Shown piece by piece: positions 40,503-50,422 of a stretch of DNA of 64,000 nt. The position numbers and the translations under genes were made by a program. Positions within the stretch are counted from its first letter, which is position 1. Each line of letters starts with the position of its first letter. The DNA is from Longimicrobiales bacterium. Lineage in GTDB: Bacteria > Gemmatimonadota > Gemmatimonadetes > Longimicrobiales > Gaopeijiaceae. The notes below the pieces were generated by a model that had not been told where the DNA came from, ran no database searches, and worked only from the letters and a program-made list of their open reading frames with translations. Location of the stretch: contig OZ241869.1 in NCBI GenBank assembly GCA_965202805.1, positions 1,024,001 through 1,088,000 of the forward strand. Reading direction: 5' to 3'.

Positions 40503-41655
40503 GATCCTGCTCCTTGCAGCCTGCAGCCCCTCCGCCGCCTCGACACCGGACGGCCAGACGCCGGGACCGGGACCCGTGGCGGGGGGCAGCCCGGAGCAGG
40601 TCGCGCACCAGGTGGTGACCGTGGTTGACGGCCTGAGCAACCCGTGGGCGGTGGCCTGGCTTCCCGACGGGGACATGCTGGTGACCGAGCGGCAGGGCCG
40701 GCTGCGCATCGTGCGTGACGGAGCGCTCCTGCGCGACCCCGTCGAAGGCGTGCCGGAGGTGCGGGCGCGCGGACAGGGCGGCCTGCTGGACGTGGCGTTA
40801 CACCCGGACTTCGAGAGCAACCGCCTGCTCTACCTGAGCTTCGCGGCGCAGCACGACGACGGCGGCTCCAGCACCGTAGTCGCCCGGGGCCGCTTCGAGA
40901 ACGACGCGCTCACCGGGGTCGAGGAGGTCTGGGTCGCGCAGTCCCGGGGCCGCGACCACTTCGGTTCGCGCCTGGCCTTCGATGCCGACAACTACCTCTA
41001 CATCACCGCGGGCGACCGGCAGGTCTCACCCCGGGGCGGGCTCGCGGAGCTGTCGGCCCACCCGGCGCAGGACCTCTCCACCCACCACGGCGTGGTGGTG
41101 CGCCTGCACGACGACGGGCGCATCCCGGCGGACAATCCGTTCATCGGGCAGGACGGGGCGCTCGACGACATCTACAGCTACGGTCACCGCAACGCCCAGG
41201 GCATGGCCTTCCACCCGGAGACCGGCGACCTGTGGCTCAACGAACACGGGCCGCAGGGCGGAGACGAGGTCAACCTGATCCTGCCGGGCCGCAACTACGG
41301 CTGGCCGGTGGTCGGATACGGGGTCAACTACGGGAGCGGGTCGCGGATCCACGTGGGCAGCCACCGCGACGGAATGGAGCCGCCGGTGCACTACTGGGTG
41401 CCCTCCATCGCCACGTCGGGACTGCTCATCTACACCGGCGACCGCTTCCCGGAGTGGCGCGGCTCGATGTTCGTGGGCGGGCTGGCCGGCCAGCAGCTGG
41501 CGCGCCTGACCCTGGACGGGCACACGGTCACCGGCGAGGAGACGCTGGTCCGCCGCCAGGGCCGCATCCGCGACGTGCGCCAGGGTCCGGACGACCTCAT
41601 CTACCTGGTGTTCGACCGGCCCGGCATGGTCGCCCGCCTGGAACCGGGCAGCTAG
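40480..41655 (+). CDS. PQQ-dependent sugar dehydrogenase (GSDH/YliI family), lipoprotein
   Basis: LAAC lipobox; GLSNPW, GQGGLLDV, SYGHRNAQG, EHGPQGGDEVN, NYGWP, RIRDV; paralog of 16370-17623. Confidence 0.92.
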   Translation: MKSCLFPAILLLAACSPSAASTPDGQTPGPGPVAGGSPEQVAHQVVTVVDGLSNPWAVAWLPDGDMLVTERQGRLRIVRDGALLRDPVEGVPEVRARGQGGLLDVALHPDFESNRLLYLSFAAQHDDGGSSTVVARGRFENDALTGVEEVWVAQSRGRDHFGSRLAFDADNYLYITAGDRQVSPRGGLAELSAHPAQDLSTHHGVVVRLHDDGRIPADNPFIGQDGALDDIYSYGHRNAQGMAFHPETGDLWLNEHGPQGGDEVNLILPGRNYGWPVVGYGVNYGSGSRIHVGSHRDGMEPPVHYWVPSIATSGLLIYTGDRFPEWRGSMFVGGLAGQQLARLTLDGHTVTGEETLVRRQGRIRDVRQGPDDLIYLVFDRPGMVARLEPGS

Positions 41656-41677
41656 CCCCGCCGGCGGGCGCCCCTCC

Positions 41678-43306
41678 ATGACGGATCACGACAAACAGAC
41701 CAGCCCGCGCGCGCGCGCCATCGGGTTCTGGCTCGGGGCGGGCTGCTTCCTGCTGCTGCTCGCCTTCCCCATCGATCCGGGCAACCTGCCCGCGAGCCGC
41801 CTCGCCGCCGTCGCGAGCCTGATGGCGATCTGGTGGGTGAGCAACGCGCTTCCGCTCTTCGCGACCGCCATTCTTCCGCTGGTGCTCTTCCCCCTGCTGG
41901 GCATCATGTCCGGGAACGATGTCGCGCCGGTCTACTTCAACAGCACGATCGTCCTCTTCCTCGGAGGGTTCATGATCGCGCTGACGATGGAGAGGTGGAA
42001 TCTCCACAAGCGCATCGCCCTCGGCATCATCCACGCGGTGGGCGGCGGACCTCCGCGCATCATTCTGGGCTTCATGGTGGCGGCCGCCTTCCTCTCCATG
42101 TGGATTTCCAACACGGCCACCGCGGTGATGATGGTGCCGATCGGGCTCGCGATGGTGCTCCAGGTCGAGGAGACCGCCGGCGCCCGGCAGTCGCGCACGT
42201 TCACCATCGCCCTCATGCTCGGCATCGCGTACGGCTGTTCGATGGGCGGGCTGACGACGCTGGTCGGAACCCCTCCCAACCTGTCCTTCCAGCGCATCTT
42301 CCAGATCATCTTCCCCGAAGCGCCTCCCATCGACTTCGGCACCTGGATCGTGCTGGGCCTGCCGATCGGGGTCACGATGCTCGCGGTGGCCTGGCTGCTG
42401 CTCACACAGGTCCTCTATCGCCCATCGCCGGAAATCCGGATCGAGCGGGATGTGCTCGAGCGCGAACGCGCCGGCCTGGGCCCGATCTCCTTCGAGGAGC
42501 GCTCCGTGGCGACCGTCTTCGCCATGACCGCGCTGCTCTGGGTCTTCAGGCGGGATCTGGAGCTCGGTTTCGCCACCGTTCCCGGCTGGTCGAACCTCCT
42601 CCCCTTCCCCGGGATGATCGACGACGGCACCGTGGCGATCGCGATGGCGTCGGTGCTGTTCTTCATCCCGACCCGCAACCGGGCGCCGCGCGATGCCGGC
42701 GTCAAGGCTCCGGACGCGACCTCGCGGTGGCGGGCGCTGATTCGCTGGGCGACCCGTTTCGGGACCGCGAACCGCGTAATGGGCGCCGAGGTGATCCCGC
42801 GCCTGCCCTGGAACATCGTCCTCCTCTTCGGCGGAGGGTTTGCGCTCGCGGCCGGCTTCCAGGGCACCGGGCTCGCCAACATCATCGGGAATCAGTTCCA
42901 GGGACTCGGCGGGCTGCCGGACTTCGTCGTCATCCTCCTGGTGTGCCTGACCCTCACCTTCCTCACCGAGCTGACCAGCAACCTGGCCACCACGGAGATG
43001 ATCCTCCCCATCCTCGCCTCGGTGGCGGTGCTCACCGGGATGAACCCGCTGATGCTGATGGTTCCGGCGACGCTGTCCGCCTCGTGCGCGTTCATGATGC
43101 CGGTCGCGACGCCTCCCAACGCCATCGTCTTCGGCAGCGACCGCATTTCGGTTGGGGAGATGGCGCGCGCGGGCATCTTCCTGAACCTGATCGGGGCGCT
43201 TGTGATCGCCACCCTTGTGCTGACGCTGGGAGAGACCGTCTTCGGCATCGAATCGGGCGTGATGCCGGAGTGGGCGACGGAGATGGCGGGCGAGGTCGGC
43301 GGCTGA
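41678..43306 (+). CDS. SLC13/DASS family sodium:anion symporter, copy 1
   Basis: LFLGGF, WNLHKRIAL, SMWISNTAT, GTPPN, LLFGGGFAL, ELTSN, PVATPPNAI. Confidence 0.93.
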   Translation: MTDHDKQTSPRARAIGFWLGAGCFLLLLAFPIDPGNLPASRLAAVASLMAIWWVSNALPLFATAILPLVLFPLLGIMSGNDVAPVYFNSTIVLFLGGFMIALTMERWNLHKRIALGIIHAVGGGPPRIILGFMVAAAFLSMWISNTATAVMMVPIGLAMVLQVEETAGARQSRTFTIALMLGIAYGCSMGGLTTLVGTPPNLSFQRIFQIIFPEAPPIDFGTWIVLGLPIGVTMLAVAWLLLTQVLYRPSPEIRIERDVLERERAGLGPISFEERSVATVFAMTALLWVFRRDLELGFATVPGWSNLLPFPGMIDDGTVAIAMASVLFFIPTRNRAPRDAGVKAPDATSRWRALIRWATRFGTANRVMGAEVIPRLPWNIVLLFGGGFALAAGFQGTGLANIIGNQFQGLGGLPDFVVILLVCLTLTFLTELTSNLATTEMILPILASVAVLTGMNPLMLMVPATLSASCAFMMPVATPPNAIVFGSDRISVGEMARAGIFLNLIGALVIATLVLTLGETVFGIESGVMPEWATEMAGEVGG

Positions 43307-43373
43307 CCGCCGGCCGGACGACCGCAGCCCGTCGGACCGCCGGCAGGCCCGGGCTCGCCCAGGGGGCGACACC

Positions 43374-45005
43374 ATGACGGATCATCGACCACCGACCAGC
43401 CGCCGGACGCAGGCGATCGGCTTCTGGCTCGGCCTGGGCTGCTTCCTCCTGCTGCTGGCCTTTCCGGTGGATGCCGCCAACGCGCCCGCAAGCGGCCTCG
43501 CCGCCGTCGTGAGCCTGATGGCGATCTGGTGGGTGAGCAACGCGCTCCCGCTCTTCGCGACCGCCATTCTTCCGCTGGTGCTCTTCCCCCTGCTCGGCAT
43601 CATGTCCGGGAATGAGGTCGCGCCCGTCTACTTCAACGGCACGATCGTCCTCTTCCTGGGAGGGTTCATGATCGCGCTCTCCATGCAGAGGTGGAACCTG
43701 CACAAGCGCATCGCCCTGGGCATCATCCACGCCGTGGGCGGGGGACCGGCGCGCATCATTCTCGGCTTCATGGTGGCGGCCGCCTTCCTCTCCATGTGGA
43801 TCGCCAACACCGCCACCGCCGTGATGATGGTGCCGATCGGGCTCGCGATGGTGCTCCAGGTCGAGGAGACCGCCGGCATCAGGCACTCGCGCACGTTCAC
43901 GGTCGCCCTCATGCTCGGCATCGCCTACGCCTGTTCGATGGGCGGTGTGACGACGCTGGTGGGAACCACTCCCAACCTGTCCTTCCAGCGCATCTTCCAG
44001 ATCATCTTCCCCGAAGCGCCCCCGATCGAGTTCGGCACCTGGATGGTCCTGGCCACGCCCGTCGGGATCACGATGGTCGCGGTGTGCTGGTTCATGCTGA
44101 CCCAGGTCCTCTATCGCCCATCGCCGGAAGTGCAGATCGACCGGGACGTCCTCGCGCGCGAGCGCGCCGGGCTCGGTCCGATCTCGTTCGAGGAACGCTC
44201 CGTGCTGATCGTCTTCGCCATCACCGCGGTGCTGTGGATCTTCCGGCGGGACCTGGAACTCGGCTTCGGAACGATTCCGGGCTGGTCCAACCTCCTTCCC
44301 TTCCCCGGGATGATCGACGACGGCACCGTGGCGATCGCCATGGCGGCGGTCCTCTTCTTCATACCGACCCGGAACCAGCCGCCGCGCGGGCCGACCGGGG
44401 CGACGGCCGCCCGCGTCCCCGGGTGGCTGAAGCCGCTGCGCCGGGCAGCCCGTTTCGCAAGCGCAAACCGTGTCATGGGCGCGGAGGTGATCCCGCGTCT
44501 GCCGTGGAACATCGTGCTCCTCTTCGGAGGAGGCTTCGCGCTCGCGGCCGGTTTCACCGACACCGGGCTCGCGAACATCATCGGGAATCAGTTCCAGGGA
44601 CTGGGCGGGCTGCCGCCCTTCGTCGTCATCGTCCTGGTGTGCCTCACGCTCACCTTCCTGACCGAACTGACCAGCAATCTGGCCACCACGGAGATGATCC
44701 TCCCCATCCTGGCTTCGGTGGCGGTGGTGACGGAGATGAATCCGCTCACGCTGATGCTCCCCGCGACACTGTCCGCGTCGTGCGCGTTCATGATGCCGGT
44801 CGCGACGCCGGCCAACGCCATCGTCTTCGGCAGCGACCGCATATCGGTCGGAGAGATGGCGCGCGCGGGCATCCTGCTGAACCTGATCGGGGTGGTCGTG
44901 GTCACCACGGTGGTGATGCTGCTGGGAGAGGCGGTCTTCGACTTCGACCGGGGGGTCATGCCGGACTGGGCGACGGGGGCCGCCGGGGGCGAGGTCGGCG
45001 GGTAG
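43374..45005 (+). CDS. SLC13/DASS family sodium:anion symporter, copy 2
   Basis: Colinear tandem paralog of copy 1 with SMWIANTAT, GTTPN, PVATPANAI. Confidence 0.93.
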   Translation: MTDHRPPTSRRTQAIGFWLGLGCFLLLLAFPVDAANAPASGLAAVVSLMAIWWVSNALPLFATAILPLVLFPLLGIMSGNEVAPVYFNGTIVLFLGGFMIALSMQRWNLHKRIALGIIHAVGGGPARIILGFMVAAAFLSMWIANTATAVMMVPIGLAMVLQVEETAGIRHSRTFTVALMLGIAYACSMGGVTTLVGTTPNLSFQRIFQIIFPEAPPIEFGTWMVLATPVGITMVAVCWFMLTQVLYRPSPEVQIDRDVLARERAGLGPISFEERSVLIVFAITAVLWIFRRDLELGFGTIPGWSNLLPFPGMIDDGTVAIAMAAVLFFIPTRNQPPRGPTGATAARVPGWLKPLRRAARFASANRVMGAEVIPRLPWNIVLLFGGGFALAAGFTDTGLANIIGNQFQGLGGLPPFVVIVLVCLTLTFLTELTSNLATTEMILPILASVAVVTEMNPLTLMLPATLSASCAFMMPVATPANAIVFGSDRISVGEMARAGILLNLIGVVVVTTVVMLLGEAVFDFDRGVMPDWATGAAGGEVGG

Positions 45006-45020
45006 CCCGCACTGCCCGCG

Positions 45021-45581
45021 CTAACGCCCCTGGGCGTCCCTCTTGCGCCGTCCCGCGACGGCGCCGCGGATGGCGTCCTCGAGGCGCCGGGGATGATCGC
45101 TTCCCACGTAGAGCCGGCGGCCCTCCTCGAGCCCGATCACGACCGCGCGATCGCCGCGTGCGGTCCAGGCCTTCTTCTTGCCCGCACCGCGAACCCCCCA
45201 GCCTCCGAACTCCACCAGCGGCCGGTAGCGCACGCTCTCCAGCGAGACGATGCTGTCGAAGGGCACCATCTTGCGCACGAGCCGCACCGATCCCAGGTGC
45301 ATCACGATGCGGGTGTCCTGCACCAGCACCGTCAGCCCGCCCAGCACCATGCGCAGGCCCCATCCCGCGGCGAGGATGGCCGCGACCACGGCCAGCCGGA
45401 AGAGGATGCCGCCCCCCGAGGTGACGAACACGGAATACGCGCACGACACGATCGCCCCGCAATAGATGAGATCCACCCAGGACGCCCAGGGCGTGCGTTC
45501 GCGGTAACGGGTCTGCTCCTCCGTGGTCACTTTGCGCTCCGGTCCGGATGCGGTGAGGGGGAACGCTCCTTCGGCAGTCAT
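45021..45581 (-). CDS. Hypothetical membrane protein (two TM plus small cytoplasmic domain)
   Basis: ATGA overlap with the Nudix stop; YRPLVEFGGWGVR and LYVGSDHP motifs. Confidence 0.7.
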   Translation of the reverse strand: MTAEGAFPLTASGPERKVTTEEQTRYRERTPWASWVDLIYCGAIVSCAYSVFVTSGGGILFRLAVVAAILAAGWGLRMVLGGLTVLVQDTRIVMHLGSVRLVRKMVPFDSIVSLESVRYRPLVEFGGWGVRGAGKKKAWTARGDRAVVIGLEEGRRLYVGSDHPRRLEDAIRGAVAGRRKRDAQGR

Positions 45582-46159
45582 TCTACCATTCCTCCACCGT
45601 TGCCGCCCGCCGCCGGCCGGAGCTCTGCCAGCCGGCTCTTCAGGAAGCGCTGCAGGATGCGGTACGTGAGCCCCCATACCGGTTGTCCCGCAACCCGGTA
45701 GCAGGGGAATTTCCGCTCTCCCGCAGGCGTCTCCACCGCCACCTCCGAGCGCGCCCCGGGGGCACCGAGGTCGGCGACGGGCACCCAATATACGGCCGCG
45801 ATCTCGGTGCTGGCCACGTGCGCGTCAGGGCCTTCCGACAGGAGGAACACGAAGGGGGCGATCACGAGCCGGGGGATCGCGCGCGATGTCGGCTTCAGGT
45901 CGGGAAGCCGGCCCACCAGCACGCCCGAGCGGTCCAGGTCAATCCCGACTTCCTCGCGTGTCTCCCGCACCGCGGTCTCGCGCAGGTCGGCGTCCTCCGG
46001 ATCCCGGCGCCCCCCCGGGAGCGCCATCTGCCCCGACCAGGGATCGCGCGCGGACCGCGCCCGGCGGACGAGGAGGATGGCAGGGGCGGGCTCCCGGCGC
46101 ACCACGAGGGCGACCGCAGCCTGCATTCTCGGGCCCCTGCCGGCCGGGATCCCGCTCAC
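45578..46159 (-). CDS. Nudix hydrolase, CoA pyrophosphatase-like
   Basis: WSGQMALPGG...AVRETREEVG, VWGLT. Confidence 0.9.
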   Translation of the reverse strand: MSGIPAGRGPRMQAAVALVVRREPAPAILLVRRARSARDPWSGQMALPGGRRDPEDADLRETAVRETREEVGIDLDRSGVLVGRLPDLKPTSRAIPRLVIAPFVFLLSEGPDAHVASTEIAAVYWVPVADLGAPGARSEVAVETPAGERKFPCYRVAGQPVWGLTYRILQRFLKSRLAELRPAAGGNGGGMVE

Positions 46160-46232
46160 CGGCAGGAAGCCCGGGCCATCCGCGACGCCACCGAGAGCTC
46201 GGGAAGGCGGGGAGCAGTCCGTCCGCGGCCGG

Positions 46233-49127
46233 CTAGCTCACCACCCTCCTCTTCGCCCGGGGGCCGTCCTTCTGCTGCAGGTACGGCACGCCCTTCGTGA
46301 TCCAGTCGGGCGCCGGCTCACCCTTCAGGTAGTGGCCGAACCACTCCAGGATGCGCGTCTGGTAGTCCAGCTGGTTGGGCTCCTCGGCCAGCCCGTGGTT
46401 CTCGCCCTCGTAGACCAGCATCACCATCTGCTTCCCGGCCCGGCGCGCGGCGTTGTAGAACTCGACCCCCTGGTTGAACTCGACCGCCCCGTCCTCGGTC
46501 CCGAACATCATGAGCAACGGCGTGTTGAGCGTCTCGATGTGGTGTACCGGCGAGTTGTTGAAGTACGAGTCCCAGTCCTCCCACCAGGGCACCTGCATGC
46601 GTCCCTGGCTGATCTCGAAGATGCGCGCGTCCGTGCCGCCGCTGTTCCAGTAGAACGACAGGTACATGCTCATCAGGTTCGTGAGGGGCGCACCCGCCAC
46701 CGCGCTCGCGAACAGGTCGTCCTGGGTGACGAAGAAGGTCGTCTGGTAGCCGCCCCAGGAGTGTCCGATCAGCCCGACCCGCTCCCGGTCGACCAGCCCC
46801 GTCTCCAGCACGGCCGCCACCGCCGGGCGCAGCGTCTCAACGTTCGACTGCCCCGGTCTCCGGTCCCGGTAGACGATGTCCGGGCGGAAGACGAAGTATC
46901 CCTCGTGGGTCCAGATCTGCTGGTTGTAGTAGCGGGTCGGATCCGGCACCTGGTACTGGTGCAGGCCCTGCGACAGCAGCTCGTAGTGATAGACGATCAT
47001 CGGGTACTGCCGTCCCGGCTCGTAGCCGGCGGGGTAGGTCAGCGCTCCCTGCAGGCGCCGTCCCCACTCGTTCTCGTACTCGACGAGCTCGGTCCGTCCC
47101 CAGGCATAGTCGTCCTGGAAGGGGTTGGTGCGCGTGACCTGGGTAGCGTCGTCGAGATCCGGCCCGGACGCGAAGTAGTCGGGCGAGTCGTCGAAGCGCT
47201 CGCGCCGGAAGACGAAGAGGTCGGCGTCCCGGGCCTTCCTGAGCGTGGCACGGAAGGAACCGTAGGAGGCGTCGTCCCACACCAGGACCTCGGGGTCGCT
47301 GCCCGGCCGGGCCCGCGAGAAACCTGCCTCCTTGGTCCACTCGCTGTAGGTCGAGTAGTAGATGGGCTCGCCGGCATCGAAGGCCTCGGCTTCGGCATTC
47401 GGTTGAACGGCGCGGTAGCGCACGTCGGCCTCGGCCCCCTTCGTGAGGCGCCGGCCGCCCGAGCCGTCGGCGCGTACCTCCCACACGTCCCAGCGGTCGT
47501 TGATCAGCACGGCCCGGTCGTCCTCCGTCCAGCCGGCCAGCCCGAACGCGGGCATCTGCTCGCGGGTCGGTGTCAGGTCCAGGTTCACGAAGGTTCCGCC
47601 CAGGTCGGCCGTGATGTTGCGCGTCTCGTCGCTGGAGAGGTCATGGGTCCACCAGTCCTCGCCCTCGAACCAGATCGCGTAGCGGCCCTCCGGGCTCCCC
47701 TGGGCCGCGAGCGTGATCCGCTCCCGAACCGGGGACTCGGCGCCCGAGCGCGCGTCCACCGCGTAGAGGTCGTAGAACTGCTGGTTGAACATCGCGTCCA
47801 CGTCGTAGGGGGTCTCGTCGCGGTTGAGGACGTGGCCCCCTCCCTCCAGCAGCGTGGTCTGGTCGGCGTGTTCGCCGCCGAGCATCAGGAAGCGCCCGTC
47901 CTCCAGGTGCCACGCGCCGATGTGGTTGCGTTGCCGCAGCTGACGCTCTCGCACCCGCTGCTGAGGGACGGGATCGACGTCGAGCGAGTGCCAGATCTCC
48001 ACGCCGGCGCGCTCCTCCTCCTCGTCTTCACCTGCCTCGCCCCCTCCTCCTTCGCCTTCCCCGTCCTCTCGATCCCCCTCCGCATCGCCCTGCCCCTCAT
48101 CGCCCTCTGCTTCATCGCCCTCTGCTTCATCGCCTTCATCCGCCCCGCCCTCGCCTTCGCCCTCATCCTCGGGCACGGGGATGCGCTCCTGATAGCCGAG
48201 GAAGAGAATGGAGCCGTCCTCGGACCAGGAGGGCGCGCGGTGCTCGACCACGCGCTGTCCCGGGAGAAGCCCCGGCGAGGAGCGCGGATCGAGGACGAGC
48301 GCCGTGCCGTCGCCCTCATCCAGTTCCCGCCAGGCCAGGACGACATGCGCCGTGTCTTCGTGTTCGTCGTCGGTGTAGGTCTTGAGCACGGCCAGGTCCG
48401 CTGCCTCCTCGCGCCAGGAGAGCTCCCGGTACTCGGCCTCGTCCGTGTCCAGCGAGCGGATGCGGCCCGCCACCGGATCGTAGAGGCGCACCCCGTTGCC
48501 GACGCGGTCGGCGGCATCCACCGTCATCGCCAGCAGGTGCCCTTCGTCCTGCCACGCGAGCACGGCGACGTTGCCGAAGCTGATCGAGGTCCCCGAATCC
48601 AGATCGCGCACGATGGCATCCGCGCCCGCGCTCTCCTGCTCCTCCGGCTGGTAGCGTCGCAGCGCCAGATGGCGCCCGTCTCCCGAGAACGAGAACGACG
48701 AGATCTCCTCGATGGTCTCCTGCTCGCCCGTGCGCAGGTTCAGCAGCCCCATGTCGTTGCGCACCGGCTCGCGCCGCTCCTGGAGCGCCTCCCGCTCGTC
48801 GGGGGAGATGCCGATGACATAGGCGAGCCAGGCCCCGTCGTCGCTGAACCGCGGGCTCCGGCCGAAGGGAACCACCACCACCGAGTCGGAATCGGTGCGG
48901 TGGATGCGCAACTCGTCCTGGTCGTCGACCCGGCTGATGCCGACCGCGAGCCACAGTCCATCGGGAGAGAGCACTGCCTGGCCCAGCGTCTCCCACTGGC
49001 CGTAGTCGTCGGGTGTGAGGGTGGGCTTCTCTTGCGCGGATGCGGCGGACGGGAGGCCCGGGTGGGCCGCCAGTCCCGCGACGGCGACGAGGACAAGGAA
49101 CAGGCGCTGGGGAAACGGGGGCGTCAT
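46233..49127 (-). CDS. Secreted S9 family (prolyl oligopeptidase-like) peptidase
   Basis: Signal peptide from ATG 49127; propeller region; GHSWGG, EDGAV, GENHGL; acidic low-complexity insert. Confidence 0.92.
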   Translation of the reverse strand: MTPPFPQRLFLVLVAVAGLAAHPGLPSAASAQEKPTLTPDDYGQWETLGQAVLSPDGLWLAVGISRVDDQDELRIHRTDSDSVVVVPFGRSPRFSDDGAWLAYVIGISPDEREALQERREPVRNDMGLLNLRTGEQETIEEISSFSFSGDGRHLALRRYQPEEQESAGADAIVRDLDSGTSISFGNVAVLAWQDEGHLLAMTVDAADRVGNGVRLYDPVAGRIRSLDTDEAEYRELSWREEAADLAVLKTYTDDEHEDTAHVVLAWRELDEGDGTALVLDPRSSPGLLPGQRVVEHRAPSWSEDGSILFLGYQERIPVPEDEGEGEGGADEGDEAEGDEAEGDEGQGDAEGDREDGEGEGGGGEAGEDEEEERAGVEIWHSLDVDPVPQQRVRERQLRQRNHIGAWHLEDGRFLMLGGEHADQTTLLEGGGHVLNRDETPYDVDAMFNQQFYDLYAVDARSGAESPVRERITLAAQGSPEGRYAIWFEGEDWWTHDLSSDETRNITADLGGTFVNLDLTPTREQMPAFGLAGWTEDDRAVLINDRWDVWEVRADGSGGRRLTKGAEADVRYRAVQPNAEAEAFDAGEPIYYSTYSEWTKEAGFSRARPGSDPEVLVWDDASYGSFRATLRKARDADLFVFRRERFDDSPDYFASGPDLDDATQVTRTNPFQDDYAWGRTELVEYENEWGRRLQGALTYPAGYEPGRQYPMIVYHYELLSQGLHQYQVPDPTRYYNQQIWTHEGYFVFRPDIVYRDRRPGQSNVETLRPAVAAVLETGLVDRERVGLIGHSWGGYQTTFFVTQDDLFASAVAGAPLTNLMSMYLSFYWNSGGTDARIFEISQGRMQVPWWEDWDSYFNNSPVHHIETLNTPLLMMFGTEDGAVEFNQGVEFYNAARRAGKQMVMLVYEGENHGLAEEPNQLDYQTRILEWFGHYLKGEPAPDWITKGVPYLQQKDGPRAKRRVVS

Positions 49128-49267
49128 GGCTGTCTTCTCCTCATTTGCGCGGATTGAGGGCGGGGGGCCGACGGGTTGTGGGTGAGTCTGCGCGGGCGAT
49201 GTGGCTGACTGAAGCTTACTTTTACGCATTTTACGCATTTTGTGTAATTCGCAGCCGCCCTCTGGTA

Positions 49268-50203
49268 CTACTGGGTCGACCGCACGCGAGCCAGAAAATC
49301 GTTCGCCGTTTCGCAGTCGACGATCGCCGCGGCAACTCGATCCGCATGTGCCGCATCCGTGCCGACCGCGAGAAGGCGCGATAACTCATCGGCGGCCTTC
49401 GGCCCGAACTTCCTTGCGGTCTGCCGGGTCAGGATCGCCACGATGCCTTGCTCGCGCCCCTGCCGGATCCCGTGCCGCCGCTCCTTGCGCTTCATCTCAT
49501 CCAGACTGCGACGAAACGCGACCGCCACAGTGTCCATCCTCATCGCCTCCTCCAGTTCACCGCCAGCAATCCCCATCGAACGTAACATCGCCCGCACCGC
49601 GCGAGCCACGAACCGGTCGTAATCCTCGTTGCCGCACGCCCGCGTCGCATCGCGTAACGCATATAGCCTGATGCGCATCCGATCCGCCGCACCCGCGGCC
49701 GCCACCCCGGCCAACTCCGCAGCCAGGTCCGGTTCCGCCGCCGAAGGGGCTTTCGCCCGTCGTGGCGCGACCAGCCTGTAGGCTTCCGGTGCCGAATCTC
49801 CGTAGAGCTCGCGCACGCGCTTCGGGGCGGTCCACGGCCTCTCGCCGTGGTGCAGGACGACGGCGAACACGGCCAGGGAAGTCCTGCCGCGCCGGAGTTC
49901 CTCGTCCTGCTCGATGAAGCGCTGGGCGGCGAGACAGCAATAGATGGTGGTTCGGAGCGCCATCGCCCGCTCCGGTCTGGCCTGGAACTCGACGATCAGC
50001 AGGTAGTTGGTTCTCCTGTCAAGGGATCGGACACGCCAGACCGTGTCGCTGTAGCGCAGCCCGAGTCGGTCTGTGACGTGTTCGGTGGGAAAGGCTTCCA
50101 AGGTTGCGAAGTCGGCTGTCCCGGCCCATTCGGGGAGGTGGCGGCGGATTAGGTTGTCGATCGTCAGTGAATGCCCGAACACCTGCTTGAGAAACGCATC
50201 CAC
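49268..50203 (-). CDS. Rpn/YhgA-like PD-(D/E)XK nuclease family protein
   Basis: DAFLKQVF, DFATLE, SDTVWRV, LLIVEFQ...MALR, VVLHHGERPW, C-terminal GIRQGREQG...RKFG; start uncertain (GTG 50203 or 50263). Confidence 0.8.
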   Translation of the reverse strand: MDAFLKQVFGHSLTIDNLIRRHLPEWAGTADFATLEAFPTEHVTDRLGLRYSDTVWRVRSLDRRTNYLLIVEFQARPERAMALRTTIYCCLAAQRFIEQDEELRRGRTSLAVFAVVLHHGERPWTAPKRVRELYGDSAPEAYRLVAPRRAKAPSAAEPDLAAELAGVAAAGAADRMRIRLYALRDATRACGNEDYDRFVARAVRAMLRSMGIAGGELEEAMRMDTVAVAFRRSLDEMKRKERRHGIRQGREQGIVAILTRQTARKFGPKAADELSRLLAVGTDAAHADRVAAAIVDCETANDFLARVRSTQ

Positions 50204-50422
50204 CCGGGACTCTGTCCTTATGGCACGGGCGCGGATTGGCCCCGCTGGGGCCCGGTACACCAAGGTGGGCCCGGTTCGCGGGCGTATCCATAGCGGGATG
50301 GGACCGATGACCCAACGGCTTGGAGCAAACGGACTTACACGCGCACTCGGTCTTCAACCGCATTCCCCCTGCGGGGCAGCTACCCGGAACAGCCGGGCCG
50401 ATGGGCCGGTAGGATCGCGCTA

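Noticed and set aside
45807..49157. Very long antisense or alternate-frame ORFs (also 4008-6530, 50701-53079, 58322-60967 and many others)
   Set aside because: Shadow ORFs expected at high GC; they overlap motif-supported genes and have no recognisable domains.
49268..50263. Rpn gene as an active transposase or insertion sequence
   Set aside because: No terminal inverted repeats or target duplication visible; the 'transposase' label for this family is historical.
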